64,000 bases of DNA from an uncultured Nitrosopumilales archaeon (GCA_964544235.1 CAZIZY010000007.1:3043-67042), one strand, 5' to 3'. Counted from the stretch's first letter, positions 40,267 through 49,586 are shown. A program made the numbers and translations. The notes: generated from the letters alone by a model not told the origin.

Positions 40267-41404
40267 TTGTTGGTGGTTCAGCGTTCTTTTCCATGATCAT
40301 TTTAACTCTTGTTTCAAATTGCTCATCTAGACTTTCTTCAGCACTTCCCCTAAACGCATCTATTCTTGAAGCTATAGCAACTTTACCTGCTAATAACCGC
40401 GCTATTTTTCCTCGTTGCCATCTTGGTGATGAATGTATGGTATTATGTTGAAATATTATTCCGTGTTTTGGCGGTTTTCCTCCAGTTTTCATGGCTCTGA
40501 ATAAAGCTCTTTCAGCGCCCAATATTTGAATAGTACTTGAAGGCAATCTTGCTAGTTTATTTAATCCTCCGGCTTTCATTATTAAACGTGCTCCTATAGT
40601 TGATCCAATTAGTGAATTTATATTGGGAGCTGAAGATTTCATTGATTTCTCTATATAGCTTGTTAGCTGTTCAGATTCTTCTATTAATTTAATATGTTCT
40701 TTAGCTAAATTAATTATTCGGGTTAATTCTTCTTCTCCTATATCTGATCCCTTAGATCTCTTCGAAATTTTATCGATTACTTTCCCTTTTTTACTATCTA
40801 TTCCATTTTCTTTTAGTTTGTCTTGGTTAATGTTTACTCTTGATCCTATATTTACAATAAATTTAGCGTAAACTGTATTATCATTAATTAAATTAGAAAG
40901 TTCTGGAAAATGTAATCCATACCATTCTTTTAATCTTGATGATAACATATTTGCGAATTTATCAATTTCATCAAGTGCTTGAACTGCTTGTATAATCTGT
41001 AAATCAGTACCTGATGATAATTCTCTTAATTTATTTTCAGCTTCGTATATGGAGTTCTCTCTTATTATTTTAATTGCTTCTTCTTCCGAACTTAATTTAG
41101 ATTCTATAATAAATTTAACACGATTGTTCCATAAGTATTTAGATTGTTCTTCTGAAAGTGGCTGGATTTCTAATTTATCACTTTTTAAAAATTTAGAAAG
41201 ATTTTCTTCAACAGCTAATGTTTTTTCTCCATTTATCTCATCCATGCCTAATATTTCATTTATTTCTTGGCTAAGTTTTCCTTTCGTTATATCTCTAAAG
41301 GTTAAATAAAGTGGATTCCCTGAATGCCTTTTCGATAAAATGGGTTTATTATCGCAATCTAATATTATTATTCCTATTTCACAAACTACTAGATAATTAC
41401 TCAA
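40202..41404 (-). CDS. nop5: Nop5 (Nop56/58 homolog) of C/D box sRNPs
   Basis: NOP domain GARLIMKAGGLNKLARLPSSTIQILGAERALFRA, a coiled-coil middle region and a basic K-rich tail. Confidence 0.9.
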   Translation of the reverse strand: MSNYLVVCEIGIIILDCDNKPILSKRHSGNPLYLTFRDITKGKLSQEINEILGMDEINGEKTLAVEENLSKFLKSDKLEIQPLSEEQSKYLWNNRVKFIIESKLSSEEEAIKIIRENSIYEAENKLRELSSGTDLQIIQAVQALDEIDKFANMLSSRLKEWYGLHFPELSNLINDNTVYAKFIVNIGSRVNINQDKLKENGIDSKKGKVIDKISKRSKGSDIGEEELTRIINLAKEHIKLIEESEQLTSYIEKSMKSSAPNINSLIGSTIGARLIMKAGGLNKLARLPSSTIQILGAERALFRAMKTGGKPPKHGIIFQHNTIHSSPRWQRGKIARLLAGKVAIASRIDAFRGSAEESLDEQFETRVKMIMEKNAEPPTSEKNENKNKKRRKHSHNKDRR

Positions 41405-41472
41405 TATTATTCAATTCTCCAAAAGACCTAAACGACATAACTATTTATTAAATAAAATAGTAGAAAATAAAG

Positions 41473-42393
41473 TTGCATAAAAAAGACCCTAATCTTAATA
41501 TTAATCTTTCAGGAATAAACCTTCTTACTCCTACAATGCTTGCTTCAGGCATTCTTGGTCTTTCAGCTGATATTTTTGATCGAATTTATGATGAAAAAGC
41601 AGGAGCAATAGTAACTAAATCTATAAGTGTCAATCCTAGAAAACCTTACTCTAATCCTACTATCATAGGTGTTGAAAATGGAATGCTTAATGCAGTTGGG
41701 TTAGCTAATCCAGGAGTTAAAGAGTTTAAAAAAGAGATATCTGAGATTAAATCTCCAATACCGGTAATTGTTAGCGTTTTTGGCTCATCATCTGAAGAAA
41801 TTAGCAAAGTTATCTCTATGATTGATAGTGATATCATATCTGCATTTGAATTGAATCTTGCTTGTCCTCATGTGAAAGGAGTGGGGTTAGAAATGGGGAG
41901 TGATCCTAAAATAGTACATCAAATAGTTTTAGATGCTAAAAAATCAACATCTAAACCTGTATTTGCTAAACTTTCTCCAAATATAATAGATCTCGTTAAT
42001 GTAGCTAAATCTGCTGAAGATGCAGGAGCAGACGCAATTACTGCTACTAATACAATTAGAGCAATGGCTATTAATATAGACACTCGATCTCCAATTTTAT
42101 CTAATAACATTGGAGGAATGTCTGGCCGATCATTAAAACCTATTTCGATTAGGTGTGTTTATGAGCTATATCAACAAGTTAAGATTCCAATAATTGGATG
42201 CGGCGGGGTGGAGAATTGGAAAGACGTTCTCGAGTATTTAATGGCGGGAGCATCAGCAGTACAAATAGGTACTGCAATATCCTATCAAGGCGTTGAAATT
42301 TTTAGGAATATATCAAATGGATTAAATAAATATCTCTCAAATGAAGGTATTAAGGATGTGAATAATATAATTGGAATTGCCCATAGAGCTTGA
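41473..42393 (+). CDS. pyrD: Dihydroorotate dehydrogenase 1B, catalytic subunit
   Basis: MLASGILG, NLACPH, NTIRAM, GGMSGRSLKPI and GCGGV. Confidence 0.9.
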   Translation: MHKKDPNLNINLSGINLLTPTMLASGILGLSADIFDRIYDEKAGAIVTKSISVNPRKPYSNPTIIGVENGMLNAVGLANPGVKEFKKEISEIKSPIPVIVSVFGSSSEEISKVISMIDSDIISAFELNLACPHVKGVGLEMGSDPKIVHQIVLDAKKSTSKPVFAKLSPNIIDLVNVAKSAEDAGADAITATNTIRAMAINIDTRSPILSNNIGGMSGRSLKPISIRCVYELYQQVKIPIIGCGGVENWKDVLEYLMAGASAVQIGTAISYQGVEIFRNISNGLNKYLSNEGIKDVNNIIGIAHRA

Positions 42394-43192
42394 AAGTCAT
42401 CGAATCGTTGAATCTAAGATTGTAAGAACAGATGGAGGTGGGTCTTCTACAATCTTATTTAAAGATGAGAAATGTAAAAAAGCAAAACCAGGACAATTTA
42501 TAATGATATGGATTCCTGACTTGGGAGAAATACCTATGAGCCTTTCATTCATAGATGAAAAGGGATACTCTGGTGTAACCTTAAGACCATTTGGATTAGC
42601 GTCTACAAAATTATTTGAAGCTAAAAAAGGAGATAAACTTCCTATTCGAGGACCTTACGGTAAACCATTTACTTCAGTTAAAGGTAATGTTCTTTTAGTA
42701 GGTGGAGGTACTGGACTTTCCCCTTTAATCCCTATGTCGGAGAATCTTCTTAATGCTGGGTCTAAAGTTACTTTAATTATAGCTGCTAAAAATTCTAAGG
42801 AATTAATTTTTGCTAAAAGAGCTCGAAATCTCCTTAATAAAAATAATTCTCAAGTATTATTTGTAACTGAAGATGGAAGTATGGGATATAAAGGGCTAGC
42901 TACTGATGTTGCTAAACCATTAATTAAAGAAATGGATATGATTTATACTTGTGGACCTGAATTAATGATGCTTAGTCTTTTTAATATGGCGAAAAAATCA
43001 AAAGTACCTATTGAAGCAAGCCTAGAACGGTTAATGGAATGCGCAATAGGGATTTGTGGAATTTGTTCTATAGGGAAATATTTAGTTTGCAAAGATGGAA
43101 CTGTTTTTAATTCTAATCAACTCAAAGAGCTATCATCTGAATTTGGACGTGCTTCACGAGATTCAAGTGGAACGAAAATATTCTTTAAATGA
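42371..43192 (+). CDS. pyrK: Dihydroorotate dehydrogenase 1B, electron-transfer (FAD/2Fe-2S) subunit
   Basis: PGQFIMIWIP, LLVGGGTGLSPL and the C-terminal cluster CAIGICGICS..C. The start is uncertain because it overlaps the pyrD end. Confidence 0.85.
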   Translation: MELPIELESHRIVESKIVRTDGGGSSTILFKDEKCKKAKPGQFIMIWIPDLGEIPMSLSFIDEKGYSGVTLRPFGLASTKLFEAKKGDKLPIRGPYGKPFTSVKGNVLLVGGGTGLSPLIPMSENLLNAGSKVTLIIAAKNSKELIFAKRARNLLNKNNSQVLFVTEDGSMGYKGLATDVAKPLIKEMDMIYTCGPELMMLSLFNMAKKSKVPIEASLERLMECAIGICGICSIGKYLVCKDGTVFNSNQLKELSSEFGRASRDSSGTKIFFK

Positions 43193-43250
43193 CATCAATA
43201 TTGGAAATGTTTTTTTATGTATTAATTGTTATTTCTTATAGGTTAATATC

Positions 43251-43436
43251 ATGCCAACACACGGTTCATTGACAAAAGCAGGAAAAGTTCGAGGGCAAAC
43301 TCCCAAATTAGAAGGAAAGCCACGTTCACCCTCTATTCCGAGAGTTAAAAATAAACTTACTTTTAGGAAAAGATACGCTCTTAATAGGAAACCTGGACAA
43401 AATCCATTATCTCGTAGGAGATCTGGAAGAAGGTAA
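43251..43436 (+). CDS. rps30e: Ribosomal protein eS30
   Basis: 61 aa. [16 protein letters not shown] is characteristic of S30e. Confidence 0.85.
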   Translation: MPTHGSLTKAGKVRGQTPKLEGKPRSPSIPRVKNKLTFRKRYALNRKPGQNPLSRRRSGRR

Positions 43437-43514
43437 AATTATATTTTATCTTACTATTCTTGGTCTTGAATTATAAAATTCCTTTAATAAGCTAAATTAT
43501 ATTTCTGATTTCCT

Positions 43515-45089
43515 TTGAATAATCAACCTTCTTATGAAAGTCTTCTTGAACAAATTATAGCTAAACGAAAACCGACTACTGTTAAAGAAATCGAAGAGTG
43601 TAAAAAAGAAGTTGCTAGCCAACTAAAATTACAACATCTTCCTACTAATATTGATCTTCTAAAATTACTTCCTAACGATGATCAGCTGATTTCTCTTCTT
43701 AAGTTAAAACCTGTAAAAACGTCTTCAGGTATTGCAGTAATTGCCGTTATGGCAGAACCACATAATTGTCCTCATGGTACATGTGTTTATTGTCCTGGAG
43801 GAGTAAGTTGGGGTACCCCTCAAAGTTATACTGGATCAGAGCCAGCTTCAATTCGTGCTCAAGAAAACGAATTTGATCCATTTCTTCAAGTTCAAACTAG
43901 ATTAAATCAATTAAAAACATTAGGACATGAAGTTGGAAAATGTGAGCTTATCATAATTGGAGGTACTTTTACTGGAGTTAATGAAGATTATCAAATTAAT
44001 TTTGTAAAACGATGTTTAGATGCGTTAAATCAGAAAGATTCACAAAATATAGATGAAGCTAAAATAATCTCAGAATCATCAAAATTAAAAACTGTTGGTT
44101 TAACTGTTGAAACTAAACCTGATTTCTGTAAACAAAAAGACATTGATCTCATGCTTTCATATGGAACTACAAGAGTAGAATTAGGAGTGCAAGCTCTTAG
44201 CGATGAAAGCTACAGATTAACTAATCGTGGTCATACTGTTCAAGATGTTGTTGATTCATTTAAATTAGCTAAAGATTCTGGACTTAAAATTGTAGCACAT
44301 ATGATGCCTGGATTACCTGGTTTAAATTATGTTGAGGATCTCAAAGGTTTTCAGAAGCTTTTTCAAGATCCACAATTCAAACCTGATATGATTAAAGTTT
44401 ATCCTTGTTTGGTGATAGAAGGAACTGCTCTTTATGGGATGTATATGAAAGATCTTTACAAACCTTATGATGAATCTACTACTATTAATTTATTGGCAGA
44501 AGTGAAAAAAATTGTGCCAAAATGGGTTAGGATAATGCGAATACAGAGGGAAATACCTGCTAATTCGATTGTAGCTGGAGTTAAATCAAGTAATATTCGT
44601 CAAATGATTCTTGATGAAGTTGAAAGAAGAGGATTTAAATGTCAATGTATAAGATGCCGAGAAATAGGATTAGATGATGCAAATTCTATTAATAGCGATA
44701 ACCTAAAAATTTTTAGAGAAGATTATGAATCTTCAGATGGTAAAGAAATATTCCTTTCATATGAAGATTCTTCTCGTAATCACATTATAGGATTTCTAAG
44801 ACTTAGATTACCTTCAGATGATTCTAATCGCTCCGAAATTGTAAAAGGTAAAACATCTATAGTTCGTGAACTTCGAGTCTATGGATCAGTAGTACCTGTT
44901 GGTTTGAAAAGTAAAGAAAAATGGCAACATCAAGGATATGGGAGTAAATTAATGGCTGAATCTGAACTTATAGCTAAAGAAGAATTTGACCTATCTAAAA
45001 TGCTAGTTATTAGTGCTCTTGGAACACGAGGATATTACCGTAAATTTGGATATACATTAGATGGTCCGTATATGGCTAAAAATCTTTAA
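43515..45089 (+). CDS. elp3: Elp3-family radical SAM / GNAT tRNA U34 modification enzyme
   Basis: Radical SAM cluster CPHGTCVYCPGG, TIM-barrel core and the C-terminal GNAT motif QHQGYGSKLM. TTG start. Confidence 0.9.
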   Translation: MNNQPSYESLLEQIIAKRKPTTVKEIEECKKEVASQLKLQHLPTNIDLLKLLPNDDQLISLLKLKPVKTSSGIAVIAVMAEPHNCPHGTCVYCPGGVSWGTPQSYTGSEPASIRAQENEFDPFLQVQTRLNQLKTLGHEVGKCELIIIGGTFTGVNEDYQINFVKRCLDALNQKDSQNIDEAKIISESSKLKTVGLTVETKPDFCKQKDIDLMLSYGTTRVELGVQALSDESYRLTNRGHTVQDVVDSFKLAKDSGLKIVAHMMPGLPGLNYVEDLKGFQKLFQDPQFKPDMIKVYPCLVIEGTALYGMYMKDLYKPYDESTTINLLAEVKKIVPKWVRIMRIQREIPANSIVAGVKSSNIRQMILDEVERRGFKCQCIRCREIGLDDANSINSDNLKIFREDYESSDGKEIFLSYEDSSRNHIIGFLRLRLPSDDSNRSEIVKGKTSIVRELRVYGSVVPVGLKSKEKWQHQGYGSKLMAESELIAKEEFDLSKMLVISALGTRGYYRKFGYTLDGPYMAKNL

Positions 45090-45103
45090 TCTAGTGATTA
45101 TTC

Positions 45104-46708
45104 TTGAGTCTTGATAATACTGAAAAAATAGGACGAGGAACTTGGCTTGATAAAGTTGCTGATGATATTATTAAAAGAGAAAATAAATTATCTCGTAATT
45201 TAGATCTTATTCGTGTTGAAAGTGGGTTAGGAGCATCTGGAATTCCACATGTAGGTAATGCAAGTGATGCTATTCGAGCTCATGGAATTAGATTAGCTAT
45301 TGAAGATATTGGTTATAAATCTGAATTAATAACTTATTCTGATGATTTAGATGGGTTGAGAAAAGTTCCAGATGGATTGCCAGAGGAACTTCAAAAAGAT
45401 TTGGGTAAGCCTGTTTCTCGGATTACCGATCCTTTTGGGTGCCATAATTCATTTGGTCACCATATGAGCTCTATTTTGCATGAAGCTCTAGATGAGGTAA
45501 ATGTAAAGTACACTCATATCAGTGGTGCTGAATCTTATCGTAATGGTATTCTTAATGATAATATTAAGATAATTCTTGAGAATTCAGAATTAATAGGGAA
45601 AAAAATTTCAGATATGCTTGGTCAAGATAAATTTGAAAAAGTTTTACCTTATTACCCTATCTGTGATAACTGCGGTAAACTTTATACTGCTTTAGCTACT
45701 GAATATCTTAGTTCCGAAGAAAAAATTCTCTATACCTGTAAGGATACTAATGTAGGTACTAACATACTGACTGGATGTGATCATACTGGTGAATTAAAAA
45801 TATCTTCTGGAAATGGTAAATTAAGCTGGAAAAGTGAATTTGCAGCAAGATGGAGTGCATTAGATATAAGATATGAAGCATATGGTAAAGATATAATTGA
45901 TTCTGTTAATGTTAATGATTGGATCTCAGATGAAATCTTAAATTTTCCACATCCTTATCATGTTAAATATGAACTATTTTTAGATAAAACTGGTAAAAAA
46001 ATTTCGAAATCACTAGGTAACGTGTTCACTCCACAAACATGGTTACAATATGGCACTCAACAATCATTGTTCTTACTTATGTTCAAAAGAATTGCAGGAG
46101 CTAGAAGTATTTCGGCCTCTGATATTCCCGTATATATGGATGATTATGATAATCTAGAAGATGTTTATTTTGGACGAGCTAAAACATCAAATTTAGCATC
46201 TGAGCGAAAACTTAAAGGACTTTATGAATATGTGAATAATTTAAAACCACCGTCACAAAATATTAATCATGTTCCCTATAGATTACTTGCTCAATTAAGC
46301 AGTATCTCTCCTTCAGAAAATCGTTTAGATTATGTATTAAAGAAATTAAAATCATATCGACTTATCGAAGAGTCAAATCAAACTCTTGAGTCTAAAATAG
46401 ATTTAGCTTTTAATTGGTCTAATGATTTATCTTCTTCTGATTCAATAAATGTTGAAATTAGTGATGAATATAAGACTCCATTACTTTGGTTAAAACAGAA
46501 TCTCACTTCTGAAAAATCACCTGATGAGGTACAAAATATTATTTTTGAAACTTCTCGTAAATTTAATGTTAAACCTCGTGATTTCTTTAAAATACTTTAT
46601 GTTATTCTTTTAAATACCGAACGTGGCCCAAAACTTGGTCCATATATTGTAGATCTTGGGATTGATCGTGTCAAGACTATGATAAATGATCACTTGAACA
46701 AAGAATAA
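45104..46708 (+). CDS. lysK: Lysyl-tRNA synthetase, class I
   Basis: Class I signatures SGIPHVGN (HIGH-like) and KISKSLGN (KMSKS-like). 534 aa, TTG start. Confidence 0.9.
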   Translation: MSLDNTEKIGRGTWLDKVADDIIKRENKLSRNLDLIRVESGLGASGIPHVGNASDAIRAHGIRLAIEDIGYKSELITYSDDLDGLRKVPDGLPEELQKDLGKPVSRITDPFGCHNSFGHHMSSILHEALDEVNVKYTHISGAESYRNGILNDNIKIILENSELIGKKISDMLGQDKFEKVLPYYPICDNCGKLYTALATEYLSSEEKILYTCKDTNVGTNILTGCDHTGELKISSGNGKLSWKSEFAARWSALDIRYEAYGKDIIDSVNVNDWISDEILNFPHPYHVKYELFLDKTGKKISKSLGNVFTPQTWLQYGTQQSLFLLMFKRIAGARSISASDIPVYMDDYDNLEDVYFGRAKTSNLASERKLKGLYEYVNNLKPPSQNINHVPYRLLAQLSSISPSENRLDYVLKKLKSYRLIEESNQTLESKIDLAFNWSNDLSSSDSINVEISDEYKTPLLWLKQNLTSEKSPDEVQNIIFETSRKFNVKPRDFFKILYVILLNTERGPKLGPYIVDLGIDRVKTMINDHLNKE

Positions 46709-46777
46709 TTACTAAAAATATTGATTTTTGTGGATAACGATTATAAGCTAAGTATACCAATGAAGATTTAGCCCGGA

Positions 46778-46907
46778 AGCCCGGTGGAGAGATAATTCGC
46801 CGACTGTAGCGGTCAAGCAAGAGCATTATGCTTCTTGAATACCGGCCTTTGGTCTGGAGAAATAAGGAAGTAAGCCGGTGACGCCAGTTCGAGTCTGGCC
46901 CGGGCTA
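46778..46907 (+). tRNA. tRNA-Gln(UUG) with three introns: 46788-46804 (10/11), 46820-46839 (24/25) and 46853-46872 (37/38)
   Basis: Acceptor AGCCCGG/CCGGGCU (A1-U72), then U8 G9. The spliced D arm is GUGU-AGCGGUCAA-GCAU. Anticodon arm CCGGC-CUUUGGA-GCCGG, T arm GCCAG-UUCGAGU-CUGGC. All three introns sit in 3-nt/4-bp/3-nt BHB motifs. The mature tRNA is 73 nt. Confidence 0.85.
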
Positions 46908-46935
46908 CATGTTTATATAAAATAATTAGGAAAGA

Positions 46936-47028
46936 TGGGCCCGCCCGGATTTGAACCGGGGACCTTTCGATTATCAGTCGAACGCTCCTTGGCCTCCTAT
47001 GGAGTTAACCATGCTGAGCTACGAGCCC
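46936..47028 (-). tRNA. tRNA-Ile(GAU) with an 18-nt intron at the D-loop/D-stem junction (46988-47005)
   Basis: The minus strand reads GGGCUCG-UA-GCUC-AGCAUGGUUA|intron|GAGC-G-UUCGA-CUGAUAA-UCGAA-AGGUC-CCCGG-UUCAAAU-CCGGG-CGGGCCC-A. BHB central helix UGGU/GCCA, inner helix CUCC/GGAG. Confidence 0.9.
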
Positions 47029-47140
47029 ATGTGACGTATTTATTTACATCCACACGTATATCAACCTCAAGTTACTAGTGGTATTAATATTAATCCCTGG
47101 AAAAACTTAAGGCTTGTTCTTTTGGAATTAGTTTAAGAAT

Positions 47141-47244
47141 GCCGAGGTAGCTCAGCCTGGGAGAGCACCCGTCATCCTTTTATTCTAAAAGGATGGGTGA
47201 AGCTGAAGACCGGGCTGTCGCCGGTTCAAGTCCGGCCCTCGGCA
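47141..47244 (+). tRNA. tRNA-Phe(GAA) with a 30-nt intron inside the anticodon stem (30/31; 47172-47201)
   Basis: GCCGAGG-UA-GCUC-AGCCUGGGA-GAGC-A-CCCG|intron|G-CUGAAGA-CCGGG-CUGUC-GCCGG-UUCAAGU-CCGGC-CCUCGGC-A. BHB central helix CACC/GGUG, 9-bp inner helix CAUCCUUUU/AAAAGGAUG. Confidence 0.9.
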
Positions 47245-47361
47245 CCTATTAACCTCTATTTTCCATTTCTTTTTCTTTGGCTAAATCTTATTAATCGAGC
47301 AAACATACGTATATCTACTTGAGGAATTCTAAAATGTTAATTCACAATATATGTTTACAAG

Positions 47362-49458
47362 GTGAAATTATTGTCCACTTCAGATAAACGAGTTAGGGCA
47401 ATATATTCTGTTATTGGTTCTTCTAATCGCTTAGAAGTTCTTAGAATCTTACATACTCAGGGTCCTTTGAGCTATTCTGAGTTAAAAACGCTTGCTGGAT
47501 TTAGATCAAAAAAAGAATCTGGTAAATTCGCTTATCATTTAAGAAAGCTTCTTAAACAAATGCTAATTACGCTTAATCGTTCAGAACGCAAATATTCTGT
47601 ATCTGGACTTGGAAGATTAATACTTAATCTTACTCGTCAAATAGAAGAACAGTCATTAATGGAAAGCGGTAAACTTTTTGTAAGAACTTCTAAGCAATCA
47701 ATGGAGGAATTTAATGTTGATAAAATTACACAGTCTCTGATTAGGGAAGGAGGGATGACTCTTGAATCAGCACAAAGAATTACTGAAGAATCTGAGGGCC
47801 GGTTACATAAATTTCAAGCTTCATATCTTACTGCTCCTCTTATTCGAGAAATTGTTAATGCTGTGCTTCTTGAACATGGGTATGAAGAGTATAGACATCG
47901 TTTAACTCGATTAGGAGTTCCTGTATATGATATCAATCTTCTAATGGAAAATGTTGGAAGGAGTTTGTATTCGACTGAAACGGTATTTAAAAAAACCGCT
48001 CAAAATGTGTTCACAGAGTATCTTCTATTAACTCAAATGCCAAAAGATGTATCTGATTCACATGTATCTGGAGACTTACATGTTTCAAATATAGGTGTTT
48101 GGGGCATTATGCCTGATACTTTATTCTTAGACTTAAGCTCTATTGATATTAATGATATAGGTTGGGGTGGAAAAATGCCATGGATTCCTAGATTAATAAA
48201 AAATAATAGCTTAGATGATTCTTTATTTGAATTAATGTCTCTGATTTACTCTTTAAGTCGAGAAATATCAACAGAGATTAGTTTTCAAGGTTTTTTACAA
48301 TTCATTAAAAATAACTCAAAGAAACTTTCTAATGAACAAATTAGTCTTTCTATATCCAGAGCGTTACAACTTTCAAATTTACTTCTTCCGCAATCGTCTA
48401 AACCCTTCATATTGACGTTTCATATTAATTACGAGAATTCCGATGATGACCTTATTAATGATATTCTTAGTGGATACCTTAATTATATTGAATCTGTTCC
48501 TATGTCTTTCATTAAATTGATTTTACATAAAGAAACTCTAAATAAAAAGACGGCTCAATTAGTTCTTGATATAATTAAATTAGGTGGCTCAATAGCTTTT
48601 GATACTTCTGATGAATCTCATTCTTATTTAGGAGTTAAAAATACAGCTTCAACTTCAAATAATTTCGGTGTAGCTGTATTGCATTCTCTTTCTCTTAACC
48701 TTCCTAGATTAGCTACCGAATCTAATAGAGACTCTACTTATTTTAGGGCTAAACTCGCTCTCTTAATTCAATCTGCTGTTCCAGCTTTATCATATCGAAG
48801 AAAATTCATCTTAGATACTATGAACAAAGGTCTTCTTCCCACAATCTCGAAAAATCCAGCAGCTATATCGACTGAAAAAATTCCTTTAATAATTCAACTA
48901 AGTGGTCTTGAAGAAGCCGCTTCTATTTTAGTTGGAGAACGTGCTTCCTCTAAGTTATCTAGCTTTGAAAAAATCATCGCTTCTGCAATAAAATCTACTT
49001 CAGAAAGTGCTAATGATTTAAATGAAGATGGATATGTATCTATCCTTCCTACTGAGGGGAATTTCCGATTAGCTTCACTTGATTCTAATAAGTATGGCAA
49101 ATCAGTTACTAAAGATATTAAGAAGTATTCTGACATTTCGTTAATTAATTATGAAGATGGTCTTTCTGAAAAAGATCTAGATCGGCATAATAGACCATTT
49201 AAGATGCTTAATGGTGGATACTCTTTGTCTATTTTGCTACCTCATAATATTGATCTTAAGAATTTCAATAACCTGGTTAATATTCTTAAAAATGAGCCTG
49301 GTTTCTTTAGATTAGGAATGTTATTTGGATATTGTTTAGATTGTGGATCTAAGACTCCTTCTCCTTTTACTCGATGTAATTCATGTCGATCTACTTCAAT
49401 CAGAAAAATAAATACAGGTGATGCTTCTGTTAGAGATGATCTCGAAGTTGCTAGTTAA
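47362..49458 (+). CDS. Fusion protein: winged HTH, ATP-cone and a degenerate class III ribonucleotide reductase (NrdD)-like body with a C-terminal zinc ribbon. Putative RNR regulator.
   Basis: wHTH RLEVLRILHTQGPLSYSELKTLAG. ATP-cone KLFVRTSKQSMEEFNVDKITQSLIREGG...IREIVNAVLLEHGYEEYRHRL. NrdD-like SGDLHVSN and SLSLNLPRLA. CLDC-x13-CNSC. There are no other cysteines and no glycyl-radical motif. GTG start. Confidence 0.7.
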   Translation: MKLLSTSDKRVRAIYSVIGSSNRLEVLRILHTQGPLSYSELKTLAGFRSKKESGKFAYHLRKLLKQMLITLNRSERKYSVSGLGRLILNLTRQIEEQSLMESGKLFVRTSKQSMEEFNVDKITQSLIREGGMTLESAQRITEESEGRLHKFQASYLTAPLIREIVNAVLLEHGYEEYRHRLTRLGVPVYDINLLMENVGRSLYSTETVFKKTAQNVFTEYLLLTQMPKDVSDSHVSGDLHVSNIGVWGIMPDTLFLDLSSIDINDIGWGGKMPWIPRLIKNNSLDDSLFELMSLIYSLSREISTEISFQGFLQFIKNNSKKLSNEQISLSISRALQLSNLLLPQSSKPFILTFHINYENSDDDLINDILSGYLNYIESVPMSFIKLILHKETLNKKTAQLVLDIIKLGGSIAFDTSDESHSYLGVKNTASTSNNFGVAVLHSLSLNLPRLATESNRDSTYFRAKLALLIQSAVPALSYRRKFILDTMNKGLLPTISKNPAAISTEKIPLIIQLSGLEEAASILVGERASSKLSSFEKIIASAIKSTSESANDLNEDGYVSILPTEGNFRLASLDSNKYGKSVTKDIKKYSDISLINYEDGLSEKDLDRHNRPFKMLNGGYSLSILLPHNIDLKNFNNLVNILKNEPGFFRLGMLFGYCLDCGSKTPSPFTRCNSCRSTSIRKINTGDASVRDDLEVAS

Positions 49459-49537
49459 TGAGATGCTTTTTCAGGTCAATTTCATATGTTTAATGACTAT
49501 CTCATTGATCTTATTGAGATTAATGATAACGCTTAAT

Positions 49538-49557
49538 AGGTCAACTGTAATTGACCT
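49538..49557. promoter_or_regulatory. Inverted repeat AGGTCAA-N6-TTGACCT in the nrdJ promoter region, a candidate operator. A third half-site AGGTCAAT lies at 49473-49480.
   Basis: Read directly as aggtcaa ctgtaa ttgacct. It sits about 30 nt upstream of the nrdJ ATG and abuts an A/T-rich TATA-like stretch (ttaacattaaaag). Confidence 0.35.
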
Positions 49558-49586
49558 TAACATTAAAAGTATGCATGTTATAAAAT

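Noticed and set aside
46770-46907. Reading the A1-U72 tRNA as an initiator tRNA-Met, or starting it at the first AGCCCGG copy (46770).
   Set aside because: After BHB-guided splicing the anticodon loop is CUUUGGA (UUG, Gln), and archaeal tRNA-Gln also has A1-U72. Starting at the first copy gives AA at positions 8-9 and no D arm, whereas the second copy gives the canonical U8 G9.
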